NCBI RefSeq assembly: GCF_963506605.1 | Contig: NC_083277.1 | Location: 92,380,001-92,444,000, forward strand | Origin: Zootoca vivipara | Taxonomy: Eukaryota | Length of the DNA: 64,000 nucleotides | Direction: 5' to 3' | Position numbers and translations under genes: made by a program | The notes under the pieces: generated by a model | Told to the model about the DNA's origin: nothing | Database searches by the model: none | Seen by the model: only the letters and a program-made list of their open reading frames with translations | Part shown: positions 46,101-64,000 of the stretch, in pieces | Layout: the number at the start of each line of letters is the position of its first letter | Position numbering within the stretch: position 1 is the first letter of the stretch

Positions 46101-49100
46101 CACTTATCTTTCACAGTCGGAGCTTCTTAGATTTAAATTGCATTTCAGTTTCTAAAATTGACCTGTTTAATTTTAATTGTTTTATATGAATGCTCAATTT
46201 TACATTTGCTTTGTGAGCAGCCTGAAGAAACTCCTATTATTAGGTATAAATGTAGCAAATAGCACTTTTTATTTTTTATAAAATAAAAGAAATAGCAGAA
46301 TTGTAGCATTGTCCTCATAATTAAAAGTACTAGGGCAAACGTGCTTCTATTTTGGTTTTGGGTGTACTGTATCAGCTATCTGCAGGGAATCCGTATTGTA
46401 ATGTTTCCAAGCATTCCTGTGAAATTTTGAAGTTGGAGGCACACAAGCCCGGTCGCCCAGGTATTTGCTCAAAAGTCAAGACCCACTGTCTTCAATGGAG
46501 TTTGATCCCAATTAAAGAATAGCAGATCTCCCTATTTAGGAGCAAGCCTAATTGAACTCAGAGGGATTGATTTTTTTGACTACAATCCCCATAATCCCTG
46601 ACCACTGGTCCTCTTAGCTAGGGATCATGGGAGTTGTAGGCCAAAACATCTGGAGGGCCAAAGTTTGGGGATGCCTGGGCTATGGCACTTGTAATGTTTT
46701 GCTAAAGCACAGTATATTGAGTCTTACATAAGTGTTTATTTATTTATTTTGGAATGATTGCTTATAGGACAGAGGAAATGCTTCATCAAAGGAAATTTTG
46801 GAGGGGGACAAAATAATCAAATTTGATTTTTTTGAAATTTGGTGCTTGTGGTAAATGCTTAGGTTCCAGGTCAGTGGACAGGATCTCATATAATGGAGCC
46901 AAGTTGCTAGATGTATATTCGTTAGTTCTCTTCATAGAATCATAGAATTGTAGAGTTGGAAGGAACCACAAGGGTCATCTATTCCAACCCCCTGCTCTAA
47001 TTCACAGTATTTGCCAGAACCAACAGACATAGTGAAGTATCTTGTATTTGACAATATTTCATCTCTGTTGCAGTTTGGAGAAAAGACCACAAGTTTTTCA
47101 AAATTCTCTCATGGCTTTGAAATATTGATCTAGCAAATGAGACAGAGGATAGTGGTGAGTTGCTCAGGGACACAATATGGAGAGCAGGACAATTGGGGTG
47201 GAAGGAGCTTGGCAGCAAAGATGCAAAAATGTGGCCCATTGAGGTTTGCTCGTATTTTTTAGAAGCTAACCATGCCCTAGTACTTGCCCCTTTCCCCAAT
47301 CTGAAGGCATTTAGGCTGAAAAACCTTTGATCATGGCTCTTGATTATCTGCTAAGGGCTGAACCATTTGTATACTTTCTTATGTACGATGGTGCTGGTTT
47401 AATCCCACTTAGGGTTCCTGACAATCCCCCCCCCCCAACAAGCTGGAATTTGGTGGCAAGATTATGAAACTGAAAATTCAAAATCTCTAAATTGGCTAAT
47501 ATTTTGGGCCTGAGGAGGACTGATTCACTCTGGCCACCAGAGCACTGTGTATTTTATTTTTTCATAACAGCTCTCAAAAATAGTTAAGTCTTTGGGGGGA
47601 CACAGCAGGCCCCTGAACTGGGGGGGTAAGCCTCATGAACTGCTGTAGACCCTAGATACGGTCAGCATGCACACAAAAAAGGCTTCTAGCCTTCTCATAG
47701 ACTGTGTGGCATAGATTGGGGATTCTGTGCCACTTGGAGGAGAAAAAAAGACAGGAAGGAACTCCTGGTGATATATTTCAGACAATATACGTTTTGGAAT
47801 AATCCTTCGAGGGCACACTTTGAATAGAGCTGTTCACAGCAAGTGCATAAACAAGCTCTGAAGTGTGTTTGGCCAGAAATAAACCTTCCCCATGCACCTA
47901 GAGTTCCTCTCTTTTCCTGTTGGTGTTGCTTTCCCAGTTTGGTAGCCATCTCTTCTTCTGCTTGTGCAAGAGCCACATCTGTGGTGCATGGCAAGGGGGT
48001 CTCCGGAGCTTACAGGTTATATAACTGATGGCACATAGCAGAGGCCATCTGGAAGAAACCAGGCTCTTTAATAACAAGCTAAATATGAAATAAAAAAGCA
48101 GTTTATTAACTCAGCGAGTCCAAATTAAGTCTAACCTAGAGCAGGATTGCCCATCACTTTAGTTCAACCGGTGTCAAGTTTTTGTCTCATGTTGAGCAGC
48201 TGTAAGGAACCTCAGGCCTGGGGGACAGACTCTCCCGAAGCCACACCCTCTCTCCCAAGCGATGCCTCTCACCTGGTTGCTCCATGCGAGTACTTCTGGC
48301 TGGCTGGAAACTGTCCTGTGATAACACCTCAGCTGCCTAAGAGCTGTGTGTGTGTGTGTGTAGAAGCTGATTTGTGTGTCTGGAATGTAGCTTATTGTAC
48401 AAAGTCAAGAGTCCCATCCATTGTGCTTCTGGTCCCGTCTGCTATTTACATCCCAGGCTGTATAAAAGGTTTCCACAACAATGAGGATCAAGCTAGTGAA
48501 CAGCATGCCAGGGAGCTTTAAGATGGATATACACTATAGAAGTAGGAAGCAGGTTCTGTTTTTTAGTGGAAAGACAAGTTCACTAGATTTTTTTGTACAT
48601 AATACAGCCAGTATTTATTTTTGGTCAAATAAATTATGCTCTCAGCATTTTGCTGAACTGACTGACAATGTGATGCAGCTGTCCCTTTGTTGAGGCAAGT
48701 GTTAATATCTCATTGCTTGCATGAGTAATTACTCTGAAGTGTGTTCAAGAAATCAAAGCTGATTTGCAAGCATGGAAGAAAATGTTTCAACCTACCGGAG
48801 CGTTCAGAATGTTGACATGTGTAAAGGGGTGCTTTTTAATAACAGAGTGAGTCCTTGTCCCACAAAAACAGGAATTATCTGTTATGTAATAAATAAAGAG
48901 AAGCAGCACATCCATTCTGGTGGTTACCCTCCCATTTTCTATCATGCCTAAAGCATTTTCTTGACCTAAATGATGCTGAGAATTCAAAGCAGCAAGCCTA
49001 TTTCTGGAATGCAAAGAAAGAAACACAATAAATTTCCGTGTTCAGAATACTGGCGTTTCTTTTTTTATTTAAGAAGAGAATAAAGCATTTTTAAATATAT

Positions 49101-51464
49101 TAATTTTAAGTATACTACACTTAAACTGGGATGCTGGTTTGCACATCAACAGTGTTCAAAACCAAGAATGATTGCAATGGCCCCCTCCCACCCCAAATAC
49201 TGATGCAACAAACAGATGACTTGAGAACAAACATCCGTTCAAAAGTCCCTTAGTAGAAAGATAGTAAAGGAAAGTTAATCAAAACATCAGCAGCCACGAT
49301 GGCAGCCACACAGAGCAAGGTAAATGCCCTTGAGAAAACCAACTTCCTTTGTTATTTTACCCCCCAGACAACTTGCTTTTTCAACTGTAAGGCATGAAGG
49401 TTTGTCATTATGGTTACCAGAGTGGTAGCCACAATCATGTCTATGGCTCCTAATACTTCAAAAGCTGGGCCACATCAAGGGTACAAAAGAAGTTTTGGCA
49501 TTAAGTAGTAAAGGAAGAATCCTTCCAGAAAGAAGAGCCCCTGGGCAGGCTTGCTCAAAAATACTTTCACACATTACAAAAGTGACTTCAATTGGCTGAA
49601 CACAAGGACCCCCATGGCAAGAATCTAGCAAACACATAACAAGATGACAATCTGATGGCAGAGGAGTAGAAATCTCACTCTGTTTGACTTAACCATTGAC
49701 TTTCCACACATTTGCCTTCTTACCCTGTATTAACTTCACAAAATCGGCTTCAGGTCAAAACCAGGTCTACCAACATGAAATGTAAAAGCATGGCAAGAAG
49801 CAGAAATGTTGGCAGCCAGCTGTAAGGAGCCATGGTCCTCAAGTCATCTGGCTCAGGCCTGTTAATACTGACCACTGCAAAGCGTGCGATTTGAGAATCG
49901 CAGTCAAAGAAGAAACAGTGCTGAAAAGTGAGAGGACATGAAGGAATAAGCTGGAAACAATGAAAAGGCAGACTCATTTACACTAGCGTGATTTCAAAGA
50001 AACATCACAGACTTTGGGTCTTATTCAGATACAACTAAACAAGAAACTGGTCCAAAATTTCTTCAAGTATAATACTGCTTGGTAAGTTAATAATCATTGC
50101 TACTATTGTCCCCTCACAAGTGAGAACTCTGGCATGTGTACCCTAAACTTAGTGAAATATAATACTGCTTATTTTCATATATGTATGCAACCCTAACCAT
50201 CACTTATTAGCATGTGACTAAAGAATCCCAATTCTGTATTTCTGTGAAATGGATACTGACTATTCCTGAGACTGAAGAGGCCTTTTGTGTGTAAATGTGT
50301 GGAATATGTAGGCGAGGTTGAATAAATGAGCAGAGGGAGCCTTTGGAAAAGGCAGCTTGGCAACGGAAGCGTTAACTAACAAGTGACTATGTGGAATAGT
50401 GTGATAAACAATATTATTAGTGATGACAACTGAACTTGCTGAATTTACTCCTACTTAACATGAGTCATCATTATTCAGTTTTTGCAAGCCCATGCAAATC
50501 ATGTCTTAGGAGCCAGCCACAAAAGACAATTAGGAAAAACCACTTGGAATGGCAAGGCATGGGAAACGCAACACCCAAATGAAGACGAGGGTGTCTCTCC
50601 AAGCCTGTAATAGCACTTCTTGTTTGGCTTCTTGGAAATCCCAGGTTAAATGAGCGAAGTGATGACAACTAACTTCCTAAAATAAAAATACTGGAGGAAG
50701 TGTAAACCTAAGCTCACTCTGTCCTATCTTATATGAGTGGAACAATTAGGTACGCTTGATGAAGATGTAACAGCAATCTTTTTTCAAGTTTTTCCAGTTG
50801 CAATGAGCTTGCATTGTAAAAATTGAAAAACCTGACCAATAAGAGGATGGCTTAAACAGGAAGAACATGCTCCCCTTCCAGAAAGACAGAAGTCCAGTAA
50901 AAAGTCTTGCTGATGCATCTGTGGGTTCTTCATGGGAAGAAGAAGAAGGGGGAAAGGAAACTGAAGAAAGAGAGTGCATGTATGGAAGCTGCCTCTGGAA
51001 ACTGATGTTTTAAATTATTACGTTCTGGATATTCCAGGGCATTGTAAGAAATCCAAGCTTGTTGCTGTGTTGCTTGAAGGAAAGCAAATCCAACTGGTCG
51101 TGGGAGAAGGTGGAGACTGTGGCTAGTTTGTTTAATTTCCTGTTTGTGGTTTCTGGCTGCTGCAGTGATGCGAAGGGTTTCCTCGAAAAATCTTGGATAC
51201 CAACTACAACTATGACATAGAGCTTTTTGCAGCACATCCAGGGACCCAGGCAGCTTGGAGCACTGACTTCGAAGAATGTGAGGTGGGCTCTTCCCACTCT
51301 TGAAACACTTGCAAGAGGTTCCCTTTTTGTGCAAGAAGACATCAACGTGAGAAGCTCCTAGGACTTGGGAGGCAGGAGGCCGTACAATGCTCCCTGGTGC
51401 CGAAGTGAAGAGCTCGATGCTGAATTTGCTTGTGGCAAACGCAGTGACGCCAAAGCAGCAGGAT

Positions 51465-56880
<5,416 letters not shown>

Positions 56881-59800
56881 TCAAGGCAAAACAAAAACAA
56901 ACAAAGAAACAAAAACAAAACTACATATAAATATACAAAAACAAAGGAGCTTTCAAATACCTCAAATTAATGCATTAATAAAACAACAGAAGCATTAATA
57001 AAACAACAGAACAGAAGAAGTTCAGGTGCAGTGAATAATGCATTTTAACTGCACAGATTCCTTCTGTAGTTTTGGATCATAAAAGCCACGTTTTGCTAAT
57101 TCCTTATGGTTTGGAGACAAAGAAGAAAATACGGAGGCAGAGTGTCAGTGCCCAAGACCCTCAAGATGAGTTTCTGACCCTCCTCTGGCTGAGGAGCCCC
57201 CAGCCAAGTCAGAGGGAGAGGTCACATAACCCCCAGCACTCAACCATGTTGGTACCAGAAGGCCCAATCTGAGGCAGCTGGTCAACAGTGGAGTGCATGC
57301 CTGAGAACCCAACTTTATTGCATAACTGAAGAGCTCCCCGAGAGTAATGGTCCTTCTCAAGTGAGTGGGCTCTTAGTGCAAACAACTGCATCTTATGCTA
57401 GGTATGGTCTGGGTTGTATCAGCCTTCGTTGGAATCTGTTGCTTGAACGATATACCTACCGTATGTCATTCAGCTGCCTACGTCTGAGCCTGATGTCTTT
57501 GCCCTGCTATGTACGGAATTTCCTCAGTTGCTGATTCCTGTTTTTGGACACCACCCTGGTTTATTTTTTGACTTGGGTCCAACCTTGGTATTGTGTATGG
57601 GCCCAAGCAGATGTGATGTGATGTATTGTATTGTATTGTATTGTATTGTATTGTATATGGGCCCAAGCAGATGGTATGGGGAAACCTGCCCTGTCTAACT
57701 CACAGACCATTATCTAACCTGTTCCAAGCAGGACAGTGTACAAAACTATGTGTGGTGTGAAGTAAATGGTTAGACAGAAGTTTTTCTCCCCCTCTCAATA
57801 TACTAGAAGCCAGGGTGATCTAACGAAGCTGAACTTTGGGAGATTCACTGCAGACAAAAGAAAGCACTTCTTCATACATTTCATTGTTACAGCCATGGAC
57901 TCTGCTCCCCCAAGAGACAGTGATGGCCACTCAATGGACCCTTGCTATGTTTTACCTCAACTGTCCGAGACAGTGTGCTTCTGAATATCAACTGCTGGGG
58001 ATCGCTAGGAGGGGAAGGGTTGTTGTGCTCAGGCTGTGATTTTGGGCTCCCCACAGGCATCTGGTGGGCTGAAATGGGAAGAAGATGCTGATCTAGATGG
58101 GCTTTCAATCTGATCCAGCAGGGGTGCTCTTAAGTTCCATGAAGGTAGTGCAGATACTGCTATTTTTCATGCAAAGGTCAAGCTGGAATCTCTCTCTTCC
58201 AAGAAGCAGAGTGGCACCCACTTTTCATTGACCCAGATTAGACATGGGGGAATCTAATGTTTTTGAGCATCACTGCAGAACTGGATACCGTCCCCCTCCT
58301 ATGTGGACCTCCCCCCCCCTAAGGAGGAGATACTTTATTGCACTGCTGCTTTATTTATGATTCTTAATTATCATTTTCAGCAGCTCAGCTGTCGGGCAAA
58401 TTGTCCTGATTATCTCACCCTAGTGTGACACAGGAGGGGGGCCTTGCTGCCGCTGAGGTGCTAATTATCTTTTTAGTGTTTTATTTTATGATTTGTTGGT
58501 TTCTCCAAGAGCCTCTGCTTGAAGAGCAGCATATAAAACCCCATAATAATGGTTGCTATATTTATCATTGTTATCATTACCGCCACCATCAATGACAACG
58601 GCAGCGGAATCAGCAGACATATGCCTGCCAATGTTAGTCTGGTTGCAAAGACTCTACAGAAGGCTATGAAGCTGATCAACGAGGGCATTCCAGTGCCTTT
58701 GGGGCAAGTGAACTATAGCCCTTGCTTCTTGCAACGGATGCTGTTTCCCCTCTGAAATTAAGGCACTTGGGTGTAGGGCCTGATGCACTTTTGGTGTAGT
58801 GACACTGCTGCATATGAAGAGGTGGCCTTTGAAGGCATGACTGCCCTAGGCACCTTTGATTCAGCCTTGAAACACACTAGCAACTAACGCCTTTGGTCTC
58901 ATCCGGGAGGACTCTTTCTTACGTTCTCGCAGACTGATAAGATCCTACTCTCTCCCAGCTTTCCCAAGCCAATGTTGAATAAATTCAATCAGGTCTAGTC
59001 AACAGTGTCCAGTGCCTTATAGGGTCAGCCTTGTTGCTTACAATGCTAACTACCAGGGGAGAATGGGTTGATAGTCCTTTTCGAGGACTGAGTAACCCTC
59101 TGCATTTCATCCATCTCCAGCTCCTGACAAGAGTCCTGCTCAGCCTGGGGGCACAAAGCCACGTCTTCCCACCAGACTCTTCACAGCTGCCTCTGCCGCT
59201 GTCTGTCTGATCTGATCCTCTATTTGTTGATGAACGTGTGTGAAGACTTGGGAGTGTTGGTGGTTGCTGCCTGGGGGACAAGCTGCCATAGACTTCTTCG
59301 TGTGACAGGAAGAGTCAGCTGCACCTGCCCGTTTAAGGAGGGGCTCTCTCTCTGGGGCAGCGCAGCTGTAGGATAAATTGTCCTAATTATCCCACCCTGC
59401 TGGGAAGCCAAAGGGGGCACTGCTGCCACAGAGGTGCTAATTGAATCATTGCCTTTCCTCCTGGTTTCCCCCCTGGACTTTAATGAGCAATGCTTCTGGG
59501 GAGCTATTGTTCTGAACTGGTTGCTATAGCAGAAGCAGGAGGCCAGGCACCCACCCACACAAATACACACCTTCCTCTGTTGTCCTCCCCATTCCCAGCA
59601 CATGTAGACGTCAGGCTTCGGATAGGAATTAACAGGCCTGGAATCCAAAACACCTTTCTGGTAAATTAGCACTTTTTGGAATTGCACCTTGCACCTCGGC
59701 TCACTTTGGGCAAAGGTTGTACAGAGGGTGGGCCATTTATACACCACCAAAAAAAAAAAGAGGAGAGGAAATGCATCAGTCTAAAGAAAAGTTGGAAGAT

Positions 59801-61309
59801 GACAATGATTTGCTCAAAAGTTGCATGTGCTGATTGATGACACAGAGATGCACATTTAGAAAGGTGCACTATTATATCATAGTAGGAATAGGTTTGATCT
59901 ATGTGGCTTCACATGTCTGCTGTGAAAAGAAAGAACAGCGAAAGCCTTGATCTTTCAACCAATCTTGGACTGGACAGCCCTTCAAATGGAGGGCTACCCT
60001 CTGTAAAGGCACACATGGCAATACTATTTGTATAATTAAACCCACTGAGCCTATTGATGGTGGGATTTGAATATGCTAGGATGGTGGGAAATAACTAAAT
60101 CTGGGTGCATGTGTATCCAAATATAGAATTGTTCATTAGTAATTAGATTCGGCTTTTCCTAATTGTCCTTCCCTGCTTAAAACCTGAAAAGAAGTACGAG
60201 AGAAGCACCAAATTACACCCAGAGGCTGGCCAAGGGCTTTAGATGTATTCCTAAGCTCCTTGTTATATATGTTGATTATTCCTCGGGAACCCGATTTCCG
60301 GCTCTGAACACTATACCCCAGGGTGAACTCTGAGAAGTGACAAGCTCTTAATTTCAATAATCATAACGATGCAGAATGACCTGGTCTGGCAGCTGCACTC
60401 CCTGAATGGGTCTGATTAAGAGCGGATTGCATTTACGGGTAGAGAGATTTTTATAGGAGCCACCTCCAGGTTTCCAAATGCCCCCAAGAGATTGGAAGCG
60501 TGACAAAAAGGGGTTAGTACTGGAAGAGGAAAATAATATGTTCCAGCTTGTGTCAAAAGGGAAATGTCACATTCATTAGCTCCTTGGGCTGTGACTGATG
60601 TACTCTTCTTTTCCTACGTCATCTTTTTAAAATTATTATTTGGAAGCTGATAGACCCAGAAACATTCATGCTGCCTCACTCCAGGTAACAAAGAGCAGAG
60701 TTCTCCCTGCGTATCTGAGGATTACGTCAGCCTTGTCCCACCATATGGCTTCCAATTTAATTTGCTGGGGTTGAGTTAAGTGGATTAGGAAAACCCGGGA
60801 TCCAGCACCATGGTTTTAAAAACCAATAATTTTTTTTGCAAGAGCTGTAAAAGGTATAAGAGAAAAGAAGCGTAGGGAAATCATTATTCTTTTCTGCGAC
60901 GGAGGACGTCTTCATCGGGAGGCAATGAGGTTTTCCAGTTTAAAGTAACATCTTAAAGAACTGCTGCTTTTTCAACAGTCACATTTGCTTCTACACAACC
61001 AGGAAATCTGCACACACGGACACCAGCAATAGCATGTGAGGAATTAAAATTGTATGACTTTAAGCAGGAGCTGTGTCCTGGACAGGGTGGAGGCCGAGGG
61101 GTAGTGAGGTTATGGCTATGTGGGTACACCAGCAGCGGCTGCCCTGCCCCATTCAGCAGCAATGCCAGTAGTTTGGAGGGTGGCTCAACGCCACTGCCCT
61201 ATTCTGCCAGGCACTCCTACTTGAAGATATGGATCCTCTTACTCCCATCAGCCCCAGCCAGCATGGCCAGTGATCAGGGCTGATAGTTGTAGTCCAGTAA
61301 CATCAGGAG

Positions 61310-61638
61310 ACGCGCCAAGGGCTTGCTGATTGGAAGGTCAGCAGTTTGAATCCCTGTGACGGGGTGAGCTCCCGTTGTTCATTCCCAGCTTCTGCCCACC
61401 TAGTAGTTCGAAAGCATGTCAAGTGCAAGTAGATAAATAGGTATTGCTCCGTCGGGAAGGTAAACGGCGTTTCCATGTGCTGCTCTGGTTCGCCAGAAGC
61501 GGCTTAGTCATGCTGGACACATGACCCGGAAGCTGTCTGAGGACAAACGCCGGCTCCCTCGGCCTATAGAGCGAGATGAGCGTGTAACCCCCGAGTCGTC
61601 CGCGACTGGACCTAACGGTCAGGAGTCCCTTTACCTTT
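61310..61638 (+). mobile_element. Sauria SINE, 5' truncated
   Basis: 12-bp TSD taacatcaggag at 61298-61309 and 61639-61650. Confidence 0.85.
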
Positions 61639-62469
61639 TAACATCAGGAGGGAGACATATTCCCTCTCTCCAATGTCTACTTAAAAGGTATGAACACTCC
61701 TTCCTTGCACAACTTTTCATAAAAAATGTTGTTTTTTTAAGAAAGAAAAGCCCCCTTTTTCATTTATCATCCACGGCAAACTTTTGCTTCATTTTTGCCA
61801 ACTTGCAAAAAGCACAATTAGTTACTTAATCAGCTAACCGTTTCATTTCTAACACATTTGTAATCGTGAATAAAAGGAAAGATTTTATATATTTTTAATC
61901 CATCTGTATTCTAAACAGTGCTGTTTTATGTGTGAACTGCTGCCTAAGTTAAACGTAATGCATTTCTTATTTTTAAGGTGGTAAAAGAGCCGAGGCTTCA
62001 TAGGTCAGTCAGCAATGCATATATTTCACTTTCCTCTCAATGTTTTCCTCTCGTGTTTCAAAATGCATGTGTATACAGTTCCACCTCTTCTCAGTGCACT
62101 GCGCTGAGCCTTCAATTAAGCATAATTTACTATTCATCCAAGTGGGGAAACTACCAGCTTTGGGAAATGCCATATTCTTAAACCAGCGTCAAACCATGGC
62201 TTAAAGTCATGACATAGTAAACAGTTTTCTGGCTCAGATAAAATGGAAAATTATACAGTAGTTAACAGAAGACTCACTGGCTCATCACACACTGTACACC
62301 AAGAAAAACAGAGGGAAGGAAGGGGATAGAGCTCGCAGCTCCAAGGCTTATGCTTATTTCTGCTTAAGCCTAGATACAATTGTCCAAACTGGGCCTGTCA
62401 CACACCAACATCAGAACTGATATGGCGTATTTTGTTTTCAGCTATTTTACTTCAAGCATTTATATACAG

Positions 62470-62806
62470 CAGGCACGTCCAACAGGTAGATCGTGATCTA
62501 CCGGTAGATCACTGGACATCTGTGGTAGATCACTGGGGCCCCCCAAGAAGCTCAACAAGTTTGGCTCCTCCCAAAAAAGCTCAACATTTTTTGCCCTGGA
62601 CCCCTAAAAAATGTGGCTTTCTCCTTCCTAAATAAAGTTCAACAATTTCAACCTAACCCCCCCCCCCAAAATGGGCCTTCCTCCTTCATTTAAAAAAAAA
62701 GCAAAAAAGCTCATCAACTTTGACCTGAACCCCCAAAAAGGGGGTAGATCACTGGCAGTTTTTAACTGTGAGTAGATCGCTGTCTCTTGGAAGTTGGCCA
62801 CCCCTG
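62470..62806. mobile_element. hAT-type MITE
   Basis: Imperfect TIRs caggcacgtccaac / gttggccacccctg with 8-bp TSD atatacag. Confidence 0.75.
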
Positions 62807-63224
62807 ATATACAGCATAAGGCTTTAATCTCTAACCGGTGTACCGTAAGGGTAAAATGCTACAATAAAGATTGAACTAACGAACTACAAAACGGAAAAGC
62901 TACTTAAAAGGCCTGCTGAAACCAAAGAACTTCACTAGGTGCCAAGTTCAACAAGAAGGAGGGTGGCTTGTCCGATCTCAGCCAGGTTCATAATACTGAA
63001 TGCATGTGGTAGATATGAACCACACATGCAAGTTATGGGGGACCATTAATTCAGCTGCCAAGCAGGGAACGTGCTTAATTAATAGTGCAATCCTACTCAT
63101 ATTTACCCAGAAGTATGTCCCACTAAATCCAGTGGGATTTAGGAGGCTGCAATCCTAAATTCACTTACGAAGAGGGTCACCTTACTACAGGGTCACCTTG
63201 GGAAAATCACTGCAATGTTGTTGG

Positions 63225-63375
63225 TGACTTCTGTTTCAGTGTATTTGAAGAAGTGTGCATGCACACGAAAGCTCATACCAATGACAAACTTAGTTGGTCT
63301 CTAAGGTGCTGCTGAAAGGAATTTTTTTTATTTTGTTTCGACTACATCAGACCAACACGGCTACCTACCTGTAAC
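63225..63375. mobile_element. Penelope-like element fragment
   Basis: Nearly identical to 8659-8742, and also contains the reverse complement of 8400-8419. Confidence 0.55.
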
Positions 63376-64000
63376 TGCAATTTTTCTGTAAAATCGTAAG
63401 TATTAGAACTTCTATGCAAAAACATACAGGCAGATTTGGAATGAATATGTTAAATATTATTCAAGATGTCTTGAAGAAGGAGTTCTAGCAGCTGTCTTTT
63501 GTCAGAGCAGTTAAGACAAATTATGTCAAGAGCAGCAAGCAGGGCAGACAGCCTTGCAGTAAGAAAACACAAAGCCGGAAGCAAGCCAGAAAGTCACTGT
63601 AGAATGAAATGACACCAGCTCAGGAACCATGTTGCCATGGTGACAGAGATTGCTCTGGGTGACCCAACACATTTGTCACAATCAGATCAGCTCTAGGGCA
63701 ACTTAAAATAATAATAATAATTGTTCCTTCACAAAAAGTGCAACACAAGAAAAGAATTAACCAATCCTATTGTTGTCCCTACTGTTCCTTCTTATCCCAC
63801 CAAGGAAAGGGCTTACTAGATCCTTGTTTAATTTATCCATTAATCAAACTCTATATTGAATTACCGGTAAGGTTTACTGGTAATTCAAATAAATCCTTCT
63901 ATATCTCTCAGGACTAATCTCAGGACTAGATAAATAGATATAGATATAGATGATATATAGATATAGATATAGATATATGAATGTTGGCTCAAGCATTCTC

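Overview
Vertebrate genomic DNA, most likely from a lacertid-type lizard (inferred from Sauria-type SINEs, a tRNA-Lys/CR1-tail SINE and RTE/L2/Penelope fragments). Left half: two complete, tandemly duplicated, minus-strand 9-exon genes for pentameric ligand-gated (Cys-loop) cation-channel subunits of the 5-HT3/ZAC branch. Copy A spans 5718-15268 with about 10 nt of exon 8 lost in an N gap, and copy B spans 17564-27154. They match neither HTR3A-E nor ZACN well: they lack the loop-B Trp and loop-D Arg of the serotonin site and differ most from each other in the ligand-binding loops. Middle: an intact, very young Gypsy (Mag-type) LTR retrotransposon (29077-33991; identical 350-bp LTRs, 5-bp TSD, tRNA-Ser primer site), then three tRNA-Arg genes (CCT, TCG, CCT). 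Right half: complete MRPL58/ICT1 (6 exons) and exons 2-5 of CDR2L, both on the minus strand. Many MITEs, SINEs and LINE fragments are scattered throughout. Exon boundaries were read by eye from GT/AG sites and checked for reading phase; family assignments rest on recalled motifs, not database searches.
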